Below, in pieces: positions 57,700 through 64,000 of a stretch of 64,000 nt of DNA. This DNA comes from Terriglobia bacterium (GTDB taxonomy: Bacteria; Acidobacteriota; Terriglobia; Acidiferrales; UBA7541). Below the pieces are notes generated by a model. That model searched no databases. It worked only from the letters and a program-made list of their open reading frames with translations, and was not told the origin of the DNA. Position 1 is the stretch's first letter. Every line of letters starts with the position of its first letter. Where the stretch lies: NCBI GenBank assembly GCA_963695545.1, contig OY968796.1:2432001-2496000 (forward strand), given 5' to 3'. A program made the position numbers and the translations under genes.

Positions 57700-60600
57700 C
57701 TACTCCGCCGGCCGCGCCACCAACTTCGGATCGCCCAAGATCCCCGATGGCAACGCCTCGATCAGGTTCATGTCCTGCGCCTGGAATCGCTCGCCATATT
57801 CCAGATTGAGCAGCCGGTAATCTGGGAACGCCTTGCCCGCCATCTCGTTGGTCGCCAGGTTCGCGACCACCACCTTGATCTGATTGTCGCCCGCGCGCAC
57901 CAGCGACGTCACCTCCACCTCGTACGGCGGCAACCAGACATCGCCCGCCGCGCTGCCGTTCACGAACACCTGCGCCGCCTCGCGCACCGGACTTTCAATC
58001 CACGCCTGCAATCGCAATCCGCCGGAGCCGGTGCCATCGCCCACCGCCGCGTGCACCACGGGCTTCTCGATCACCGTGCCCTGGCCGAAATCGAGAAATA
58101 CGCGGATGCCCGGCTTCATCATCGCCGCCGGCACCGTCACGGTTCTCTCGTACACCGCTTGCCCCGAATAATATTTCGTCGCCGCGTCATCGGTCCACGA
58201 ATGCAACTGATCCATCGTGATCGTCGAACCTGGAGCGGAGCCTAGCCCCGTGTACGTCACCGACCAATTCGTTCCCATGTCCACTGGCGCGGGCATCTCC
58301 GGCTGCTTGCCCACCCCTTTCTGCACACGATATTTGGTTCGATCCTTCGCCGCCGAGACGCGCTCCTTTTCATTCGTGAAGAAAACGATGCGCGACGCAT
58401 ACGGCTCAAGCGTCAGATCTATCGTCGAGCCCATACCTAGAGGCGTGCTCTTTCCCGAGATCGGATCCCAAATCTCCGCCTGTTCGCCCGTCACCCGGAA
58501 CGTTGCCTGCGTATCGACCAAGTGGTTGCTGGTGTTGGCCGCGAAATACAAATCGCCAAACTCCAGTTTGCGATGCACGAATCCCACTTCCGGAGCTTCG
58601 GGCGCGAGCACCACGTCCGGCTGGGTCAGTTGCGCCAAGGTTTCCCCCAGCTTCTTTTCGTCAGCCACGAAATGCCCCGCCGCCCCCGGCGCGCTGAACA
58701 ATATCTGCGAAAGTGCCGCAACCTCCGGCGAATCCGTCGCCGCCTCCTGCAATCCCGGCGCAAGCGAGGGCAAACTGCGCGTCGCGATCACAATTCCTCC
58801 GGCCTTTGCGAATGCCTCGATCTTGCGATACGTCTCGAGTGGCATCCGTTCGATGCCCGGCAAAATCAACACGCGATATGGAATCCCCACCTTGTCGATC
58901 GCGTCCGCATCGATGAAATCCAGATTGAATCCCGCATTCAAAATCTGCGGAATCACCGTGTCGCCCAGCAGCGGCACAATCGTCTGGTTCACCGAAATGC
59001 TTGATCCCAGCGGCGGCGTAAATCCCGCCGGCCTCGCCCCCGCAATGTTTGCCCCCGGCGTAATCAGTCCGGAATTCCCCACGCCCGAAGCCGCGCCGAT
59101 TCCGCGCCCCGTAGCCTCCCCAATCACCAGCGCATTGAATTTCGCCCACGCATCATCGGTGGGCAGAAGGAGCGCCACATCATTCGCCGGCTTGCCCTGA
59201 CGCAGCAAATAGCTCACGCGCTGCAAATATTGCGTCACGTCCGGCATAACCGTGTACCAGGGATTGTGATCGTCGAACACCGCCGCCGCGTAAAAATGCC
59301 AACCCGGTTCGCCCGCCGACGGCGGCGAATACGGCCATCCGTGACCGATCAATTGATTGCTGCCTTCGAGGAAATAAAGATCGGCGCCGGCCTTCATATC
59401 GATCGGCCGCGCGCGAAACACCGGAGAGTGCAACCACGTCCACGTCTCGGACGAAGTGACCGTCCGCCCGAACAGATGATTCGCCGACGACGCCCAGCGC
59501 ACCGCCGAGAAGCCGTTCCAGTTATAGCCTTCGCCCTCGGCCAGATCGACGAGCGCGTTGCTCGATAGCGTAGTAGGCGGCGTGCCGTAACTCTGCGAGC
59601 GGAATTTCGTTCCGTGCGCGTCGGCCCACTCGCGGAACGGCGTCAGGTAATTGTCATCGGCCAGTTCGGTCAGCGTCTTGCCCCAATCGTGCCGAATCGC
59701 GTCGGTTTGCGGACCGATGTCGCCGACGAGAGCGGGGAGATAGGGCGTCAAGTCGTAGCCGCGCCGCTTCTGAAATTGTTCGAGGAAATCGCCGGTCCAG
59801 TCCGACTGATAGACTTCGAGACTGTCGCTGAACACGGCGTAAGGAGGATTCGGGCCCAGCGCAGCCAGCAATTTATCGCCGACGGTGTGCAAATGCGTTT
59901 CCGCCGCCGCGTGATCGTAATGATCGAGCACGAATCCCTCCGCGCCCAGCGCCGGCCGCTTCACCTGCATTCCCGACCTGCTGGCGATGAAGAACAGCAC
60001 GTCGTGCGCTGCATCGAGAGCGGCGGTGCCATCCGGCAGGAGAAGCCTGCCATCGTGAATCGAATCCGCCGGCAGCATCACCGCGCCCTGTGGCGCGATC
60101 TTGCCGTCCGGTGCCGCCACCAGAAACGCGGCGAGGAATTTTTCGCCCGTAACGATGTCCGGCACTTCCACCGACGCCACCGCGCCGATCGGCACCGCGA
60201 CCACGCGCAGCATTCCGGCGGCTTCCGTCACCGGAATGTTCGGTCCGCCGAGCGGCCAGCCGCTGCCGAGCGTCAGATCGAAGCGCATGCCCAGCTCGCG
60301 CGCCCTGTCGGAAGCGAAGCGCAGATCGCCCAGGAATTCGTCGGAGAGATATGGAAAATTGTGAAAGCCCGTCGCGGGATCGTCGAGCGCCAGCGGATAA
60401 ACCGGCTGCACTTCCACTCCGCCGATTCCGCCGGCCTTCATCGCGCGCAATTCGCGCTCGAGTTCGTCCTTCGTCACCGAAGGCCCGAACCACCACCAGC
60501 GCACCATCATGCGGCTGTCATCCGGCGGCGTGATGAACAATTGCCTCAGCGTGCTCGCCGAATCGCTTTGGTCCGTGGTGCTTGCTTGTGCGGGAGTTTG

Positions 60601-60738
60601 AGACGCCGTCGCCGCTGTTGCCGATGGCGCCTGCGCTCGTGCCGGCCCGATTGCCGCGACGAAGAATATGATCGGCAGAATTATGATCGGGAGAATTGCG
60701 GCGTGCAGGCGGGGGTGAAACCGAAACGAATGCGACAT
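57700..60738 (-). CDS. GH106 alpha-L-rhamnosidase-like, secreted
   Basis: RWWWFG, GIGGVE, TLGSGWP.GG, FSDSLE, SSETWT, HGWPYSP, SGILG. Confidence 0.85.
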   Translation of the reverse strand: MSHSFRFHPRLHAAILPIIILPIIFFVAAIGPARAQAPSATAATASQTPAQASTTDQSDSASTLRQLFITPPDDSRMMVRWWWFGPSVTKDELERELRAMKAGGIGGVEVQPVYPLALDDPATGFHNFPYLSDEFLGDLRFASDRARELGMRFDLTLGSGWPLGGPNIPVTEAAGMLRVVAVPIGAVASVEVPDIVTGEKFLAAFLVAAPDGKIAPQGAVMLPADSIHDGRLLLPDGTAALDAAHDVLFFIASRSGMQVKRPALGAEGFVLDHYDHAAAETHLHTVGDKLLAALGPNPPYAVFSDSLEVYQSDWTGDFLEQFQKRRGYDLTPYLPALVGDIGPQTDAIRHDWGKTLTELADDNYLTPFREWADAHGTKFRSQSYGTPPTTLSSNALVDLAEGEGYNWNGFSAVRWASSANHLFGRTVTSSETWTWLHSPVFRARPIDMKAGADLYFLEGSNQLIGHGWPYSPPSAGEPGWHFYAAAVFDDHNPWYTVMPDVTQYLQRVSYLLRQGKPANDVALLLPTDDAWAKFNALVIGEATGRGIGAASGVGNSGLITPGANIAGARPAGFTPPLGSSISVNQTIVPLLGDTVIPQILNAGFNLDFIDADAIDKVGIPYRVLILPGIERMPLETYRKIEAFAKAGGIVIATRSLPSLAPGLQEAATDSPEVAALSQILFSAPGAAGHFVADEKKLGETLAQLTQPDVVLAPEAPEVGFVHRKLEFGDLYFAANTSNHLVDTQATFRVTGEQAEIWDPISGKSTPLGMGSTIDLTLEPYASRIVFFTNEKERVSAAKDRTKYRVQKGVGKQPEMPAPVDMGTNWSVTYTGLGSAPGSTITMDQLHSWTDDAATKYYSGQAVYERTVTVPAAMMKPGIRVFLDFGQGTVIEKPVVHAAVGDGTGSGGLRLQAWIESPVREAAQVFVNGSAAGDVWLPPYEVEVTSLVRAGDNQIKVVVANLATNEMAGKAFPDYRLLNLEYGERFQAQDMNLIEALPSGILGDPKLVARPAE

Positions 60739-60868
60739 AAGGCCCTCCTCGGGTCATGCTGGTTCTCACGTCACCGGCCCGTTGGACTCGCCCAGCGCGT
60801 TGCCGGTTACAACGCCGCCTCGCTGGGTTTAATTCGGAAAATGTTTGGGCGCGCGCTCTCCGTGCCGA

Positions 60869-63298
60869 TCAGCTTTTCGCGGAACCAATCGGCTGCGCGA
60901 TCGCGGCCAACAATTCCATCACGTGCAGCACAGGACGCTCAAGGCCGTCGCGCAATTGTTCCTGGCACGAAGTGCCCGTCACAACCAATGTACGCGGCCC
61001 GCCGTCCGCTTCGATTTGCCGCACCTGCTGAAATAAATCTTCGCCGACGGACTGGCTCAAATCGTAGTAGTCCTTCTTGTAACCAAAACTGCCGGCCATT
61101 CCACAGCACTCCACTTGCGACGTGGCCACGTCGAATCCCGCCGCGCGCAGCAACGCTTCGGTCGGCTTCGCGTTGCCGCCGAACTGAATGGACCTCTGTG
61201 TTTCGCCGGACTGCGCGGAGCGCATTGCTTCAACCGTCTTCTGCTGGCAATGGCTGTGATAGAAGATGCGCGTGCCGAGCGGATGTTTTGCGGCGGGGAA
61301 AATCTCCGCGGCATTCAGGCCATCATCCTGTATGCACTTCCACAGATATTCGGCGGCGTCGAAAGTGTGCGCGCGCAGCGCTTCGCAGAGTTGCTGTCCG
61401 CTCTCGTCGCTCGCCAGCAGATGACGGTAATCCAACCGAAACATCGCCAGCACACTCGGTTCGACGACGATTATTTCGCGGCCTTCGTCGAGATATCGCT
61501 TCAGCAGTGCGGCTGTGCGCCGCGCTTGCCGCGTGGCCGTTGCGATCATGCCTTGCGAGAGCGCCGCGCGCCCATCGGGCGAAGTTGGGCTGACGATGAT
61601 ATCGACGCCGATCGCTTCGAGCACGTCGAGCGCGGCCAATCCGCGCGCAGGTGTGCCGTAATTGGTGAACACGTCGGCAAACAATACAGCTTTGTGTCGC
61701 GCTGTGCTCTTCGCCGAGCTCGGCGCCGCGCCCGCGGCGGCGCCGCTGGCGCGCGGGAGTTTCCGGCGAGACCGCCGCTTGGCTGCGGCGACGAGAGTGA
61801 TGGAAGCAAACGGAGGAAGTGCGCGCCGACGATCGAGCCCGACGAATCGCTCGAGCAGCGCGCGCGCGAAGCTAAAGCGGTTTACTGCGTTCGCGAGCGA
61901 CGCGAACGGCGCGCTGAATTTTCCGGCGAGATCGTAGCGGCCGAAGAAAAGTTTTTGCAGCGACGCACCGGCGTCGTCGGAGGGAACGCCCGCGAGCACG
62001 CGCTTCACGGCTTGCGCCGCGGCAGAGGATTCTTGTTTTCCCAGGCGCTGCCGCAGAACGGTGTTCAGCCACGGAATATCGATGCGCACCGGACACTGCG
62101 TGACGCAGCGCGAGCAGCCCGTGCACAATTCGGCGAAGCGCGAGCTCGCAAGATCGCGCGTGCCCGCTTCCCACGCGCCGCCGATTCCGCCGGAATAAGT
62201 TTGACCGCCGAAAGCGTGGCCGCCGACGGCCTGAAAATTCGCGCAGCAATTCGAGCATGCGCCGCAGCGAATGCAATACAGCGCTTCGCTCAGCACGGGA
62301 TCCGCGCGCATGCGCCCGCGCCCGTTGTCTACGATCACGAGGTGGAATTCGCGCGGCGGCGCGATGCCGTCGGAAATCACGGGCGCGGCAAGAGGCGGAC
62401 GGATCAGGCTGGTGTATGACGTCATGGGCTGCCCGGTGCCGCTGGCGGCGAGCAATTCGATGAACGGCGCGAGATCTTCGCGCGCGGGCAGAATTTTTTC
62501 GATGCCGGTGACGGCGATGTGCAGCGGCGGCACGAGCGTGGTCATGCGAATGTTGGCTTCGCTTTCGACCAGCACCAGAGTGCCGGAATCGGCGGTGACG
62601 AAATTTGCGCCGGAAATTCCGGCGTCGGCGTTCAGGAATTTGTCGCGCAGGCGATCGCGCGCGAACGCGGTGAGTTCTTCGCCGCTATCGAGCGGCAGAT
62701 CGGTTTTGAATACGCGCTTGAATAGCGCGGTGATTCGCTCGCGGCTGTAATGCAGTGCGGGGCCAACGATGTGCGAGGGCTGCTCGTCGGCGACTTGGAG
62801 AATGAATTCGGCGAGATCGGTTTCGGCGACTTCGATGCCGAGAGCTTCGAGCACGTGGTTTAAGCCGATTTCTTCCGACGTCATGCTCTTGGCTTTGACC
62901 ACCAGGCGCACGTCGTGCCGCTTGCACACCTCGCCGATGTAGTGCGAGGCGGCTTGCGCGTCCTGCGCCAGGAAAAAATGACCGCCGTTGCGGAGGACGC
63001 TGGCTTCGAGCTGGGCCACAAGCTGCGGTTGATCGCGAAGCGCGCGCTCCTTGATGGCGCGCGCTTGGTCCTTCAGCGCGTCGTAGTCGGAGATTTCGGC
63101 GGTGGCCACGTAGCGATTGCGATTGAATGTTTGCACGTTGTGGCGCACGGCGGGGCCTTCGACGCGTAACGCCATGCGAATCGCGGCCAGCAGCGCGGGC
63201 TTCGACGCTTTGCTGGCGAATGCGCGCGGCGATTCAACGTCGGAATCAATGATCTGCGCTATGCCTGCAGCAGGATTGGGGGAGGGGTTCTTGGTCAT
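60869..63298 (-). CDS. lutB: LutB/LldF-like LUD-domain Fe-S protein fused to a C-terminal CCG (GlpC/LutA-like) domain
   Basis: KAKSMTSEEI, ETDLAEFILQ, PSHIVGPALH, CIRCGACSNCC, CTGCSRCVTQCP, HSHCQQK, CCGMAGSFG. Confidence 0.85.
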   Translation of the reverse strand: MTKNPSPNPAAGIAQIIDSDVESPRAFASKASKPALLAAIRMALRVEGPAVRHNVQTFNRNRYVATAEISDYDALKDQARAIKERALRDQPQLVAQLEASVLRNGGHFFLAQDAQAASHYIGEVCKRHDVRLVVKAKSMTSEEIGLNHVLEALGIEVAETDLAEFILQVADEQPSHIVGPALHYSRERITALFKRVFKTDLPLDSGEELTAFARDRLRDKFLNADAGISGANFVTADSGTLVLVESEANIRMTTLVPPLHIAVTGIEKILPAREDLAPFIELLAASGTGQPMTSYTSLIRPPLAAPVISDGIAPPREFHLVIVDNGRGRMRADPVLSEALYCIRCGACSNCCANFQAVGGHAFGGQTYSGGIGGAWEAGTRDLASSRFAELCTGCSRCVTQCPVRIDIPWLNTVLRQRLGKQESSAAAQAVKRVLAGVPSDDAGASLQKLFFGRYDLAGKFSAPFASLANAVNRFSFARALLERFVGLDRRRALPPFASITLVAAAKRRSRRKLPRASGAAAGAAPSSAKSTARHKAVLFADVFTNYGTPARGLAALDVLEAIGVDIIVSPTSPDGRAALSQGMIATATRQARRTAALLKRYLDEGREIIVVEPSVLAMFRLDYRHLLASDESGQQLCEALRAHTFDAAEYLWKCIQDDGLNAAEIFPAAKHPLGTRIFYHSHCQQKTVEAMRSAQSGETQRSIQFGGNAKPTEALLRAAGFDVATSQVECCGMAGSFGYKKDYYDLSQSVGEDLFQQVRQIEADGGPRTLVVTGTSCQEQLRDGLERPVLHVMELLAAIAQPIGSAKS

Positions 63299-63367
63299 GG
63301 TCGCCGCTGAACTTTTATACAGGAAACCCGCATGAAAGCTATTATCCGTGAACTTATGCGAAAGCCG

Positions 63368-63919
63368 TTACACGAGAACGATGATGTGCAGCCGGTGCGG
63401 GCCGTGCACACCGCGCACCAGCGGGCCCATGTCCGCCGTGGCGCTTGGCCCGGTGACGAAAACGAAATTGCGATCCAAACCTTTGCTGCCGATGCGATCG
63501 CGGCGAAAAAGATCGCGCGGCGCTTCGACGATATCTTCGGCGGCGAGGACGGCGATGTGCATGCGCGCGAGAAGACTGATGAATCCGGTGTGATCGGGAT
63601 CGAGCGCAACGCAGATGGTGCCCGTGCGCGAGACGCCGGCGAAAGCATCCGTGATGCCGACATCCGCCGCACTGAGTTCGGATTTGCTGCGCCCTGTGAA
63701 CACGCCGGGCAAACGCTCGCACGCCGCGAAAAGATTTGCAGGCAGATCCGCGGGTGGGGCGACGGCGATGCGGCGCGCCGCGGGCGCCGCGCGCAGGACG
63801 GCGCGGGCTAATTCTTCGGACAGCCGGGAGATTTCCGCTGAGCGCGAAATTCGCTCTACGGTCGCGGCGGCGGCGCGCGCGGCGGATTCAAACGCATCGA
63901 GAGCGTTGGGTTGGTCCAT
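63368..63919 (-). CDS. lutC: LutC/LldG-like LUD-domain protein
   Basis: VGITDA..GVSRTGT, FVTGPSATADM, GVHGP. Confidence 0.85.
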   Translation of the reverse strand: MDQPNALDAFESAARAAAATVERISRSAEISRLSEELARAVLRAAPAARRIAVAPPADLPANLFAACERLPGVFTGRSKSELSAADVGITDAFAGVSRTGTICVALDPDHTGFISLLARMHIAVLAAEDIVEAPRDLFRRDRIGSKGLDRNFVFVTGPSATADMGPLVRGVHGPHRLHIIVLV

Positions 63920-64000
63920 TAGAAATGGCGGCCGCCTCCTGCGCGCGAGAACGGGACGAATTTTGACACAAATGCGCACGCGGACCGCGGTTTTTTCGCC

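Noticed and set aside
57391..58245. 284-aa ORF starting in element copy 2
   Set aside because: Most of it is antisense to GH106, and the frame is not conserved in copy 1.
1..64000. rRNA, tRNA or known riboswitches
   Set aside because: None recognisable by eye; an Rfam/tRNAscan run would be needed to exclude them formally.

Overview
GC-rich bacterial chromosome segment, most likely from Acidobacteriota (an inference from the ADOP-type permease, the TIGR03435-like protein and the LPXTG-type secreted-protein family). Most of the window is carbohydrate catabolism: an L-rhamnose cluster (rhaI, rhaEW, rhaM, rhaB, GH106, with a GH78 elsewhere) linked to LutBC-type lactate oxidation, GH79, GH28, a fucose/arabinose isomerase-araD operon, and Gfo/Idh/MocA plus TIM-barrel operons resembling 3-keto-glycoside pathways. 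It also carries ppk2, glnII, NDH-2, a 7-gene divergent lipid-modification cluster resembling furan-fatty-acid synthesis, and a hicBA pair whose toxin has a premature stop. The strongest unexplained signals are non-coding. (1) A family of 28-bp dif-like sites (11-6-11, consensus tccGGTAA-N6-TTATCaGGAGT) occurs at about 12177, 14530, 15452, 18330/18564 and 21699 and brackets accessory genes like cassettes; one site is split at its centre by a 205-bp IS30 remnant with a 2-bp target duplication. (2) Two copies of a 325-355 bp dispersed element (21858-22212, 57330-57653) carry their own sigma70 promoter, a leaderless start codon and a conserved hairpin/IHF-like core. No rRNA, tRNA, CRISPR array or recombinase gene was seen. 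All family calls come from motif recognition, not from database searches.
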